Origin: Prochlorococcus sp. AG-436-O09
GTDB taxonomy: Bacteria; Cyanobacteriota; Cyanobacteriia; PCC-6307; Cyanobiaceae
Length of the DNA stretch: 24,000 nucleotides
Reading direction: 5' to 3'
NCBI GenBank assembly: GCA_003209775.1
Contig: QCPN01000004.1
Location: forward strand, 23,059 to 47,058
The notes beneath the pieces are model-generated. The model did no database searches and was not told the origin of the DNA. It saw only the letters and a list, made by a program, of their open reading frames with translations. Positions 1 to 13,284 of this stretch are shown in pieces; position 1 is the stretch's first letter, and each line of letters opens with the position of its first letter. A program made the position numbers and the translations under genes.

Positions 1-1
1 G

Positions 2-457
2 GCTTACAACTCAGTCAGTTACTTGATGACTGATGTCAGTTTTGGTTGGCTTATTAGATCAGTCCATCGATGGAGTGCTTCGATGATGGTGCTCATGTTG
101 ATTTTGCATGTGTTTAGGGTTTATTTGACTGGAGGCTTCAAAAGGCCAAGGGAACTTACTTGGGTTACGGGTGTAGTAATGGCTGTAATTACAGTTGCTT
201 TTGGTGTTACTGGTTATTCTTTGCCATGGGATCAAGTTGGTTATTGGGCTGTAAAGATTGTTTCAGGTGTTCCTGCTGCCATTCCAGTAGTAGGTAACTT
301 CATGGTTGAACTCCTAAGAGGTGGCGAAAGTGTAGGTCAGACAACACTTACTCGCTTTTATAGCTTGCATACTTTTGTTCTTCCTTGGACTCTCGCAGTG
401 TTTATGCTCATGCACTTCCTTATGATTAGGAAGCAAGGAATATCAGGCCCCCTGTAA
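2..457 (+). CDS. petB: cytochrome b6 (PetB), C-terminal ~150 codons; the 5' end lies upstream of the window
   Basis: The frame is open from nt 2 ([54 protein letters not shown]..) and is near-identical to cyanobacterial/plastid cytochrome b6. Stop TAA at 455-457. petD follows 42 nt later, as in the conserved petBD operon. Confidence 0.97.
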   Translation, partial: AYNSVSYLMTDVSFGWLIRSVHRWSASMMVLMLILHVFRVYLTGGFKRPRELTWVTGVVMAVITVAFGVTGYSLPWDQVGYWAVKIVSGVPAAIPVVGNFMVELLRGGESVGQTTLTRFYSLHTFVLPWTLAVFMLMHFLMIRKQGISGPL

Positions 458-499
458 TTCATATCTCCAACAAAAAATTGCAATTTTTAATTCTCTGTT

Positions 500-982
500 A
501 TGTCGACTCTTAAAAAACCTGATTTATCCGATCCTAAGTTAAGAGCTAAGCTTTCTAAAGGCATGGGCCATAATTACTATGGTGAGCCTGCATGGCCAAA
601 TGATCTTCTCTATATCTTCCCAGTTGTTATTCTTGGCACTATTGCATGTGTTGTAGGTCTTGCAGTATTAGATCCAGCATTCCTTGGCGATAAAGCCAAT
701 CCATTTGCAACTCCCTTGGAAATCCTTCCAGAATGGTATTTATATCCAGTTTTTCAGATTCTTCGAGTAGTCCCAAATAAGCTTCTTGGAATTGCTTTGC
801 AAACACTTATACCTTTAGGCTTAATGTTGATTCCTTTTATAGAAAATGTAAATAAATTCTCTAATCCTTTTAGGAGACCTATTGCTATGGGTTTCTTCTT
901 GTTTGGCACTGTTCTTACAATTTACTTAGGCATAGGGGCTTGTCTTCCTATAGATAAGTCTTTAACTTTAGGTCTTTTCTGA
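500..982 (+). CDS. petD: cytochrome b6-f complex subunit IV (PetD), 160 aa
   Basis: ATG start. Sequence [60 protein letters not shown] is the classic subunit IV. Confidence 0.97.
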   Translation: MSTLKKPDLSDPKLRAKLSKGMGHNYYGEPAWPNDLLYIFPVVILGTIACVVGLAVLDPAFLGDKANPFATPLEILPEWYLYPVFQILRVVPNKLLGIALQTLIPLGLMLIPFIENVNKFSNPFRRPIAMGFFLFGTVLTIYLGIGACLPIDKSLTLGLF

Positions 983-988
983 ACACTT

Positions 989-2437
989 CTATTTCAGGTG
1001 TAAGTCCATCATTGATACGTCTGGAGGATGCACTTTTAAAAAGTGATGCATTAGAAGGAAACCGACAATGGTCCATGTTTGGTAGGTTCTAGATTGTTGT
1101 CCTACCCATGTTCCTGTAGGTCCGTCAAAATACTCCGCCCATTTTTGTTTAGGTAGTTGATTCAATTGACTCCAATAACACTCTTCTAATAGAGATCTCA
1201 TTTGTCCCATCAATAAGACATCAGCTTTTGGATATCTTTGTTCATGAAGAAGAATAGAGGCACCAAAAAACCAAAGAATGCTTGGCCAATGCCCTCCATT
1301 GTGGTAGCTCCAAGGCCAGTTTTTGGGATCTGATCCAGTTTTGTTTTGCCATTCATCTACTTCCATTGGAGGGTGACAGATTCGCATTGGCATTTGTGCC
1401 ATTAAATGTGAGCGGTTATGAAGCACTAAGCGAAAAAGAGCTCTTTGCTGAGGAGCTGTTAAGACACCAAACATACATGCGAGTGAATTTCCTAGGCTGT
1501 AAAAGCGGAAATCCGGCCTGCCTGTTCGAATATTTCCAATCAGATATCCTCCTCTATTCTCAAGCCAATCTTGCAACCATGGAGGAACTATCTGAGGTTG
1601 GACGTTGAATTCATTTTGATGTTGATCTTCACCATATTGTTCAGTAGGTCGTCTTCTAAGTACCTGCATGGTTTTACTTGTTACCCAGTAATGCTTTAAA
1701 AGAAATTGGCGCAGGTCATGAACCCATTGTCGTGTAAGTACAAGCCTTTGATCTAAGAGACGACTTACTTGGTGCTTACTACTTAAATCCATTAGTTCAA
1801 TGCAACTGCTTAGAGATGCATAAAGCAGTACTTCTACCTCTAACGGTGCGCCCCATACATCCATAGGGCGGTCAATCATGAATGAGCAATCTGGTACGAA
1901 AAGTACTGGGGTCCCTTCAAAAGTAGGGTGCAATACCAGGTCCAAAAGTAATTGGATCCCTCTTTGAACTTTTTGACTAATCCCAAATGTGGTATCTTTG
2001 CTTTTCCTTACGTAGAGCCAGCATAGAATCGGCCACCATAAGCTTGCATCCGCTGAAGTTATTCTTCCTATAGACCGTTGCCCATAATCAGCTATCAGTT
2101 CATTGTTTTCTTCAACAAAACTTGTTGGGAATACCCCTCTAGTCTGGTAGCTAGTGCTTTGAAGATCAAGGCATACAGTTAAGAATTTTTTAACAATGTC
2201 ATAGCGTTTCTGAGTAAGCAAATAAATCATTACAGGAACATTGTCCCTTAAGAAAATTTCCCCATAGTTGAGTGCATCATTGCTTGCAGGATGTTCAAGA
2301 GCTGCAACACTCCCTGCTAATTGGCCATCAATTTTGATCAAAGAACGCTCGAAATGTTCTTGAGCCCTTTTTATGACAGCTTCTTCATTGGAGTTCGGGC
2401 GTACTCTTTGACGTTGTTGACTAAATCGTTCTGCCAT
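989..2437 (-). CDS. neutral/alkaline invertase (glycoside hydrolase family 100-like), 482 aa
   Basis: Full-length ORF with ATG start. Motifs typical of plant/cyanobacterial alkaline-neutral invertases: NYGEIFLRDNVP, DFGQ-like GQRSIGRITSADASLWWPIL, FMIDRPMDVWGAP, GGYLIGN, YHNGGHWP. Confidence 0.9.
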   Translation of the reverse strand: MAERFSQQRQRVRPNSNEEAVIKRAQEHFERSLIKIDGQLAGSVAALEHPASNDALNYGEIFLRDNVPVMIYLLTQKRYDIVKKFLTVCLDLQSTSYQTRGVFPTSFVEENNELIADYGQRSIGRITSADASLWWPILCWLYVRKSKDTTFGISQKVQRGIQLLLDLVLHPTFEGTPVLFVPDCSFMIDRPMDVWGAPLEVEVLLYASLSSCIELMDLSSKHQVSRLLDQRLVLTRQWVHDLRQFLLKHYWVTSKTMQVLRRRPTEQYGEDQHQNEFNVQPQIVPPWLQDWLENRGGYLIGNIRTGRPDFRFYSLGNSLACMFGVLTAPQQRALFRLVLHNRSHLMAQMPMRICHPPMEVDEWQNKTGSDPKNWPWSYHNGGHWPSILWFFGASILLHEQRYPKADVLLMGQMRSLLEECYWSQLNQLPKQKWAEYFDGPTGTWVGQQSRTYQTWTIVGFLLMHHFLKVHPPDVSMMDLHLK

Positions 2438-2758
2438 TTATGTTTTTTTGATGCAATTCGCAAAGGCTTGTTGTGGCAAGCTGTTTTTATACTAGTTAAT
2501 AAAAAGAAGATCAACTAGAGGAAGTTTTTTACTTTTGCCTGTTGCGCATAAATGGCTTTGTAGTCTAAAATCAGGGACTGGATGTGAATCGGGTTTTACT
2601 CGTTTCATAGCTCTCTGAAAAAGTGCTTGATTTTCAATTGCTTTGTTAGTGAGCCCTTACATCAACACTGGAGGAATCCATTCGCTGATGTAGGTTTCTA
2701 GGGTGATCTTTTTGATCACAAGCCCAGGCTCCTTGATGAAAGTTAGAGAGCCGAAGCA

Positions 2759-2770
2759 GAACCTGGACAA
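2759..2770 (+). promoter_or_regulatory. rRNA leader boxA-like antitermination element
   Basis: agaacctGgacaact here versus agaaccttgacaact in the 16S-23S spacer (5101-5115), which is the conserved cyanobacterial boxA (GAACCUUGAAAA-type). It lies about 350 nt upstream of the 16S 5' end. Confidence 0.55.
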
Positions 2771-3117
2771 CTAAAAAGTTTAGGAACTGACGCTTTTGTC
2801 GCGTTCACAGTGCTTTTAGCTGCTGTGGATGTAAATGCGATAGAAGTGTGAGGTCCCGTCAAAAGAAATTAGTTGCATGATTCTGTCACTATTTTGAATT
2901 GGAGTTTCACGGCTCTATATTTGATATTCGCTGTTACAGAGTTAGAGCAACGACGGATCTGAGATCCGGGAAAGTCACGAAGATAAAACTAAGTGCACTC
3001 TTAGGAACCCTTATTAAAAACAAGGTGGCAACAATCACAATCAGTACGCCAGTGCTGTTATCTGTGGGAGAAGCAAATCAGACTGAGTAGAATTTATTTT
3101 TACAATAGGGCCTGACT

Positions 3118-4602
<1,485 letters not shown>

Positions 4603-4778
4603 CAGGGAGACATAAACTGATTATGATGTCTGATTTATAAATTTAGGCCGTAATCCTGTCACCTTAGGTCGATCGGTACCTCAGATTATTAACTTTTGAA
4701 ATTGAGAAATCACTTATCATTAGTCTTGTAATTTCAGTTCCTAAACTTGTCTAGGTCACACCCAACAAACTTTCTCCT

Positions 4779-4852
<74 letters not shown>

Positions 4853-4861
4853 TTCGTTGTT

Positions 4862-4934
4862 GGGGGTATAGCTCAGTTGGTAGAGCGCCTGCTTTGCAAG
4901 CAGGATGTCAGCGGTTCGAGTCCGCTTACCTCCA
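4862..4934 (+). tRNA. tRNA-Ala (anticodon UGC)
   Basis: gggggtatagctcagttggtagagcgcctgcttTGCaagcaggatgtcagcggttcgagtccgcttacctcca. The G3:U70 alanine identity pair is present. No encoded CCA. Confidence 0.97.
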
Positions 4935-5101
4935 CTGATCAACTACCTGATAACTTAAATTGGAGATTGTTATTTGTTAAATGTGATTTAGATGTTGTTC
5001 AACTGAAGGAACCTAGCTTCCTATCATTCCTGAATTAATTTTAGGCTGATAAGACGCTGGGCTCACTGAATGTTCTAAGGGACATACAGTTTGTTTCAGC
5101 A

Positions 5102-5122
5102 GAACCTTGACAACTGCATAGG
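5102..5122 (+). promoter_or_regulatory. spacer boxA antiterminator-like element, also the 5' strand of the 23S processing helix
   Basis: gaaccttgacaa matches cyanobacterial ITS boxA. The 20-mer 5103-5122 aaccttgacaactgcatagg is complementary (19/20) to 8215-8234 just downstream of 23S. Confidence 0.7.
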
Positions 5123-5287
5123 AAAATCTAGAAAAATAAAGCATCTCATAGATGCATAGAAGTTTTTTCATTTTTTAATGATTAGATTTTTATGTTCAAT
5201 TCTTGAGTTAGAGCAAATTTTCTATTACTTAATTCACTTAGAGATAAGTGATGACTAATTAATTTTAGCTAAGTTTAATAGATTAAT

Positions 5288-8161
<2,874 letters not shown>

Positions 8162-8214
8162 CTTCTTCATCTAACAATTTTATTGTCTTTACTTTTTTAG
8201 ATATTTAATAATTT

Positions 8215-8234
8215 CCTATGCAGTTCTCAAGGTT
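8215..8234 (+). other. 3' strand of the 23S rRNA processing helix
   Basis: cctatgcagttctcaaggtt is the reverse complement of 5103-5122 with one mismatch. The pair brackets 23S, as expected for an RNase III processing stem. Confidence 0.7.
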
Positions 8235-8258
8235 CATTCCTTGAACATGAAAATGTTT

Positions 8259-8377
8259 TCCTGGTGTTCATCGCGATGTGGACCCACTCCGATCCATCCC
8301 GAACTCGGTTGTGAAACGCATCAGCGGCGACGATATTTGGGGGGAAGCCCCCTGAGAAAATAGCTCAATGCCAGGTT
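8259..8377 (+). rRNA. rrf: 5S ribosomal RNA
   Basis: tcctggtg...ccatcccgaactcggttgtgaaacg...aaaatagctcaatgccaggtt. The ends pair (helix I) and the conserved ccgaac / gtgaaac loop blocks are as in cyanobacterial 5S. Confidence 0.93.
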
Positions 8378-8421
8378 AAACATTTTTATAAAACTTTTCT
8401 TTTTTAAAAAATATATATTTT

Positions 8422-8458
8422 AAAGCCCTTCCTTAAGATTAGGAGGGGCTTTATTTTT
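8422..8458 (+). terminator. Rho-independent terminator of the rRNA operon; its hairpin overlaps the mutM stop codon
   Basis: aaagcccttcct (8422-8433), loop taagatt, aggaggggcttt (8441-8452). This is a 12-bp stem with one G-U, followed by atttttgg. Confidence 0.65.
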
Positions 8459-9302
8459 GGCAGTTAGGGCACCAGTGAGTGCCTCGTCCTGATAATTTTT
8501 TTTTCATAATCTTAGTACCACACTTTTTACATGATTTATTTGCTCTTCCATAAACCCAAGCTTCACCACCATAATTACCATTACTGCCCTCCAAATCCCT
8601 AAAATCTTTAAATGAAGTTCCTCCTTTGCCAATACTGATTCTCAGCACCCTTATCAGAGAGTTGCATAACCTATTGATTTCAATCTCACTTAACTTTCTT
8701 GATTCTTTTGTTGGTATTATTCCTGCTTCAAAAAGACTTTCATCAGCATATATATTTCCAGCTCCAGCAACTACTGTTTGATCTAATAAAGATGCTTTAA
8801 TTGATCTTTTCCTCGTACTAAGAGATTTTTTAAGGTACACAGGATTGAAGTCATTGCTAAACGGTTCTGGTCCAAGTCTCATTAATCCATTGACTTTTTC
8901 ACTTGGCTTATGTTCAGGAGAAACCCACCACATTTGACCAAAATTTCGAGTATCAACAAAACGAATTTCATTTCCAATGCTATTCCAAAAACGCACACGT
9001 GTATGACTACAAGCAAGCTGCTTTGAATTTAACCATTTAAATTGACCAGTCATTCTTAAATGAACTACTAACCATCCAGTGTGATCGTCACTATTTTGAG
9101 ATTGAAGATAGCAAATTAAGTATTTGCCTCTTCTAGTCCAATTGCCCAAAACTGATCCTTTGATATTTTCACTGAAAACACTTATCCCTCCAATACTGGA
9201 AATAGTCCTTTCTGAAAGTACTTCTATATCTTGAACATAAAAATGCTTCAACCTGTCTTCTAAACCTCTTCGGACAGTCTCTACCTCTGGAAGCTCAGGC
9301 AA
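8451..9302 (-). CDS. mutM: formamidopyrimidine-DNA glycosylase (Fpg/MutM), 283 aa, TTG start
   Basis: The N-terminus (M)PELPEVETVRRGL carries the catalytic Pro2/Glu3. RGKYL, an H2TH region and the C-terminal zinc finger CKKCG..CPNCQ are present. The codon before Pro is TTG (9300-9302). Confidence 0.95.
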   Translation of the reverse strand: MPELPEVETVRRGLEDRLKHFYVQDIEVLSERTISSIGGISVFSENIKGSVLGNWTRRGKYLICYLQSQNSDDHTGWLVVHLRMTGQFKWLNSKQLACSHTRVRFWNSIGNEIRFVDTRNFGQMWWVSPEHKPSEKVNGLMRLGPEPFSNDFNPVYLKKSLSTRKRSIKASLLDQTVVAGAGNIYADESLFEAGIIPTKESRKLSEIEINRLCNSLIRVLRISIGKGGTSFKDFRDLEGSNGNYGGEAWVYGRANKSCKKCGTKIMKKKLSGRGTHWCPNCQK

Positions 9303-9307
9303 TCGAT

Positions 9308-9517
9308 TTAAACTGCCTCTAGTTCACTTTCAGAAAAATTATTGGTGTTGTTGCCACCGTCTACTCCACTGAATGCAGAATAATTAACCTTGGTAAAACG
9401 AACTACCACTGGGTATTTGATACCAGAAGTATCAACGGATGCTACTTTCCCGACTTCGTTGAACCAATAGGATTCAGGCCTTTTGACTCTAACCATGTCT
9501 CCTCTTGAAATAGCCAT
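9308..9517 (-). CDS. psaE: photosystem I reaction centre subunit IV (PsaE), 69 aa
   Basis: [39 protein letters not shown]....[11 protein letters not shown] is the canonical PsaE SH3-like sequence. ATG start. Confidence 0.97.
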   Translation of the reverse strand: MAISRGDMVRVKRPESYWFNEVGKVASVDTSGIKYPVVVRFTKVNYSAFSGVDGGNNTNNFSESELEAV

Positions 9518-9636
9518 TTTTTTTAAGCCGTTATTTCTACAATAAGGTTATCGTGTGATAAGTAACTTTTCTCTCTAGCGTCACAGAATGTCGTCCCTTT
9601 CTGCTTGTATTAGTAATATTTTTAAGTTCGCTTTCT

Positions 9637-10686
9637 GTGGATAAATTAGCTAGCCCAGACCTTTCTATTTTTCAGTTGGATTTACCTGATCCTGATCAGG
9701 ATGATATTAGTTCCCTTGAGTTCTCAGATCGTTTGCAAAAGGCTTGGTCGATATGTGAAAGATTTGATCTTCATACCGATATTTGGAGGGGGAGAATATT
9801 ACGTGCAATTCGAGATAGGGAGAAGCGAGGTGGAGAAGGCAGAGGTGCTGGCTTTTTACAATGGTTGAGAGAAATGGAAATTAGTAAAACGAGAGGGTAT
9901 TCATTGATTCAATTGGCGGAATCAGCTGATGAGCTTGTTGTAGAAGGCATTCTTGATGAAAAAAGTGTAAATAACTTTTCAAGGAGATCTTTTATCGAAA
10001 CTGCTCAGTCTTTGCCTGAAGTTCAGCAAATGATCGCTGAAGCAGCTAATAAAGGTAATGAGATTACTCGTAAGCAAGTAAGAAGATTATCTGATGAATT
10101 TACATCAGCTACTAGCCCTCTTTTACCAGATGAAATTCGACAACGAACACAAGAGAATCTTCTCCCACCAAAAATTGTGGCTCCTTTAGCAAAAGAATTA
10201 TCAAAGCTTCCTGAGAATTTGCAAAAAGATCTACGCAGTATTTTAAAAGAATCGCCAGATGTGGATTCCATTAAGGAGGTTACTATTGCAGCAAGATGTA
10301 TAGGGAAAACAAATGATGCATCATTATCTTTGCGTGCTTTACAACGTGACGATGTGGATTTAGATAAGGCAACTCAAGAAGCTCAGCGAATTGATGCTTT
10401 GGGGTATCTTGCAGATGCTTTGACACAGGCAAAAAGTATTGAAGCGGCTGTACTAAGGTTGCATTCTTCTTGGAGGAGGCTGGGAGATATTAATGAAAGA
10501 TTATGGGTAGAAAGTGGGAGCAGCACACCTTATCTAAGAGATGTACTTAATGCCCTACAAACTCTGAGTGGTGCAACTATGAGAGTTTCCCTAGGGGGAA
10601 TTTGTGGAGGGAAGAAGATTAGATTACAAATAGTAGAAGAACAGGCTGATCAAATAGAACCACCAGAAATTAGAAAACTAAGTTAA
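9637..10686 (+). CDS. conserved hypothetical protein, 349 aa, GTG start; the N-terminal region looks like a helix-turn-helix
   Basis: Long ORF with coding-like composition, divergent from psaE. The segment GAGFLQWLREMEISKTRGYSLIQLAESADEL resembles HTH segments of plasmid/phage DUF3102-type proteins (recalled similarity, not searched). The remainder is predicted helical and charged. Confidence 0.75.
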   Translation: MDKLASPDLSIFQLDLPDPDQDDISSLEFSDRLQKAWSICERFDLHTDIWRGRILRAIRDREKRGGEGRGAGFLQWLREMEISKTRGYSLIQLAESADELVVEGILDEKSVNNFSRRSFIETAQSLPEVQQMIAEAANKGNEITRKQVRRLSDEFTSATSPLLPDEIRQRTQENLLPPKIVAPLAKELSKLPENLQKDLRSILKESPDVDSIKEVTIAARCIGKTNDASLSLRALQRDDVDLDKATQEAQRIDALGYLADALTQAKSIEAAVLRLHSSWRRLGDINERLWVESGSSTPYLRDVLNALQTLSGATMRVSLGGICGGKKIRLQIVEEQADQIEPPEIRKLS

Positions 10687-10699
10687 TAGTTTTGTTATC

Positions 10700-11533
10700 T
10701 TAAACCTCATTAGTGTTTTCACAGAGGTCATCTAATAAATCAAACTCAAAATTATTTGTAGGTGCGAACCATTGATTCCATTTTCCATTTATTGCTTTCC
10801 AATTCAGCTTACTTGAATAACAATTGACTGCTAAATATAATGGCTTGCCTTTACTATTTAAACCCAAAGCAATTGAACTATTTTCAATTTTATTCCAAGT
10901 TGACCAGTTTAATCTAAGAGCACCATAGTCTCTCCAGTCTGCCTCCTTGGCCTTAACAATTTTTTCAAGAGACTTGTTAAAATTATTTTTATCGAGGAAA
11001 AGTTTTAAACCTATCTTGAGATTATTTGAGTTTTTTATATCATTTACTTTTGTAATATGACTGAGAGAGACATTGTATTTTTTTGAAATTTGGTAAAGAG
11101 TATCCCCTTCTTCTATTATGTGAAATCTAGGATTGTTGCTCTTAACTAGACTAGTAAAATTTGGTATTAAGATTGATTGATCCTCGAAGATTAAATATGG
11201 CTTTTGAAGATTATTTAATCTGATAATTTCACCTTTCTTTATTTTATATAATATAGAGATTGATTCAATGGTTTCGCCTTTTTGAATGACATGCTTGATG
11301 GGCAAAGGCTCATTGCCTAATGCTCTTAAATTAGGAATTACTAGCTTTTGGCCTGCTTTTAAATTATTTGGATCATTTAACCCATTGGATTCAATTATTG
11401 ATTCTAGGCTGACGTTATAATAATTTGCTAAAGTTGAAAGTGTTTCTCCAGGCTGAACTATCACTTCACCTGCGAATAAAGATAGTTGACCTGATAACGC
11501 TAAGGAAATAATTGGCCAGGTATATCTATTCAT
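10700..11533 (-). CDS. secreted LysM-repeat (peptidoglycan-binding) protein, 277 aa
   Basis: N-terminal signal-like segment WPIISLALSGQLSLFAG. Three LysM repeats: VQPGETLSTLANYYNVSLESII..LKAGQKLVIP; VIQKGETIESISILYKIKKGEII; IIEEGDTLYQISKKYNVSLSHIT..LKIGLKLFL. Confidence 0.85.
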   Translation of the reverse strand: MNRYTWPIISLALSGQLSLFAGEVIVQPGETLSTLANYYNVSLESIIESNGLNDPNNLKAGQKLVIPNLRALGNEPLPIKHVIQKGETIESISILYKIKKGEIIRLNNLQKPYLIFEDQSILIPNFTSLVKSNNPRFHIIEEGDTLYQISKKYNVSLSHITKVNDIKNSNNLKIGLKLFLDKNNFNKSLEKIVKAKEADWRDYGALRLNWSTWNKIENSSIALGLNSKGKPLYLAVNCYSSKLNWKAINGKWNQWFAPTNNFEFDLLDDLCENTNEV

Positions 11534-11608
11534 TGCTCACTATAAACTTTCTATTGTATTTCTCTTAAGATGTTACTGTAGACCTTAGGCGATTTCAAGA
11601 TGAGTAGG

Positions 11609-12979
11609 TTACTTTATAAGCTTATTAATAAATGAAATGTCTAGTTTATAAGGTGGATACCTGAAATTTATATCTAGCCAAAAAGGCCTATTTAAAATAG
11701 ACTTTAGATGGGAAAATACTTCAAAGCCTGCTTTGCCATGATAAGAACCTATGCCACTGAGGCCGACTCCTCCAAAAGGAAGTTCAGGTATTCCTGCCTG
11801 AATGATTACATCATTGAAGCAAACCCCACCAGAACTTGTTAGGTTAATCACTTTTTGCTGATCTTCTAGACAACCACCAAACATATAAATAGCAAGAGGC
11901 TTTGCTTCTTTTTGGATTATATCTAATCCTTCTTTAAGACTTTTGATAGTTAGAATAGGCATTATAGGGCCGAAAATTTCTTCTGACATTATTGCATCAT
12001 CAATGCTCTCTAATTTTATCAATGTAGGGCAAACTTTTTGCTCTGAATAATTGATTGAACCACCAAAAATAATTTTATTGTTCTCAAAGGCATTCTTAAT
12101 TAAGCTAACAACCTTTACAAATTGCCTATTATTTAATTTTGCTAGGTCAGGTGATTTTTCTGGATTTGTACCATAGAAACTACTTATATTTGTCTTAAGT
12201 TTAGAAATCAATTGCTCATTCAATTCCTCTTGTACTAAAAGATGGTTCGGTGCTAAACAAGTTTGACCGGAGTTTAGACTTTTGCCCCATGCAATTCTTT
12301 TTGCGGTAATATCTATATTTGCTCCTTCAAGAACTAAAGTTGGGTTTTTCCCTCCAAGTTCAAGAGTTACAGGTGTTAAATAGTTTGATGCGGACCTCAT
12401 AACTTTTTTTCCAATTTCGCTGCCTCCAGTAAAAAAAACATGGTCAAATTCATTCTCTAAAAGGCTTGCTGAAAAATTCGAGTCTCCCTGAAAAACTTGT
12501 ACAACGTCATTGGGGAAGAATTTTTCAATAAGTCTGGCTATTAATTCTGAGGTGGAAGGAGCAAATTCTGAAGGCTTGACAATGGCTGTGTTTCCTGCGG
12601 CTAGTGCAGATATCAAAGGCTGTAAGGTCAGCATGAAAGGATAATTCCATGGGCCAATAATTAAAACGCAACCTAAAGGTTCTGCTATTACGCTCGCTGA
12701 TCCTGGTTGAAGCCATAATGGAACTTTTATTTTCCTTGGTTGCATCCAGTTGAAAAGATGTTTATTAGCTATTTGGAGCTCTTGCTTTAAAGCAAGAATT
12801 TCAAAGAAGGCTTCTGTCGAAGGCTTTTGTAGATCCTCTGCTAATGCTTTTATAATTTGTTCTTCATTTTCTTCCAGAAGCTTCTTTATTCGGTTGAGTT
12901 GCGTCCTTCGCCAAGATTGAGGTCTTGTGTGGCCTTCGCGAACCTGGTTTCGGAGATCTTTGATTTTAAATTTTTTCAA
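11609..12979 (-). CDS. aldehyde dehydrogenase, class-3-like NAD(P)+ family, 456 aa
   Basis: ALDH signatures are present: GPWNYPF, the catalytic Glu motif LELGGKNP, the catalytic Cys motif NSGQTCLAPNH, and EEIFGPIMPI. Confidence 0.92.
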   Translation of the reverse strand: MKKFKIKDLRNQVREGHTRPQSWRRTQLNRIKKLLEENEEQIIKALAEDLQKPSTEAFFEILALKQELQIANKHLFNWMQPRKIKVPLWLQPGSASVIAEPLGCVLIIGPWNYPFMLTLQPLISALAAGNTAIVKPSEFAPSTSELIARLIEKFFPNDVVQVFQGDSNFSASLLENEFDHVFFTGGSEIGKKVMRSASNYLTPVTLELGGKNPTLVLEGANIDITAKRIAWGKSLNSGQTCLAPNHLLVQEELNEQLISKLKTNISSFYGTNPEKSPDLAKLNNRQFVKVVSLIKNAFENNKIIFGGSINYSEQKVCPTLIKLESIDDAIMSEEIFGPIMPILTIKSLKEGLDIIQKEAKPLAIYMFGGCLEDQQKVINLTSSGGVCFNDVIIQAGIPELPFGGVGLSGIGSYHGKAGFEVFSHLKSILNRPFWLDINFRYPPYKLDISFINKLIK

Positions 12980-13033
12980 TTATCAAACTCCAGTAAAAGA
13001 AGACTCTAGATAATTGCAGACTAATTAGTCGAA

Positions 13034-13210
13034 TTAACGTCTACGAGTTTTTCTTCTTTGTTGAAGTTTTCTTGTGTATTTCTCTACAGGCGTCTCATGA
13101 TGGCGAAGACGCTTTAATTCTCCAAAAATGCCAGCTTTAGAAACTTGACGTTTAAAACGTCTAAGCGCTGATTCAATCCCTTCGCTCTCCCCAACAGTTA
13201 CTAGTGTCAA
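13034..13210 (-). CDS. rpsU: 30S ribosomal protein S21; probable TTG start at 13210 (the longest ORF extends to a TTG at 13228)
   Basis: (M)[57 protein letters not shown] matches cyanobacterial S21, which begins MTQVTVGE. There is no in-frame ATG. Confidence 0.93.
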   Translation of the reverse strand: MTLVTVGESEGIESALRRFKRQVSKAGIFGELKRLRHHETPVEKYTRKLQQRRKTRRR

Positions 13211-13284
13211 AATAAGAATCTTACACAAAGAGGCTTATTCTATCAGTAGGAATAAAGGAAAAATGCTTTTCTAAAAAGGTTTTT

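Noticed and set aside
2720-2770. The segment cccaggctcc..gagccgaagcagaacctgg superficially resembles the SRP (4.5S) RNA domain IV.
   Set aside because: There is no GNRA-capped helix or conserved GGAA/AGCA loops. The 3' half is the leader boxA, so the segment is part of the rRNA leader structure.
2321-3090. ORFs 2321-2518 (+) and 2899-3090 (+).
   Set aside because: The first is mostly antisense to the invertase 5' end. The second lies in the rRNA leader just upstream of 16S and starts at a non-ATG codon. Neither shows any homology.
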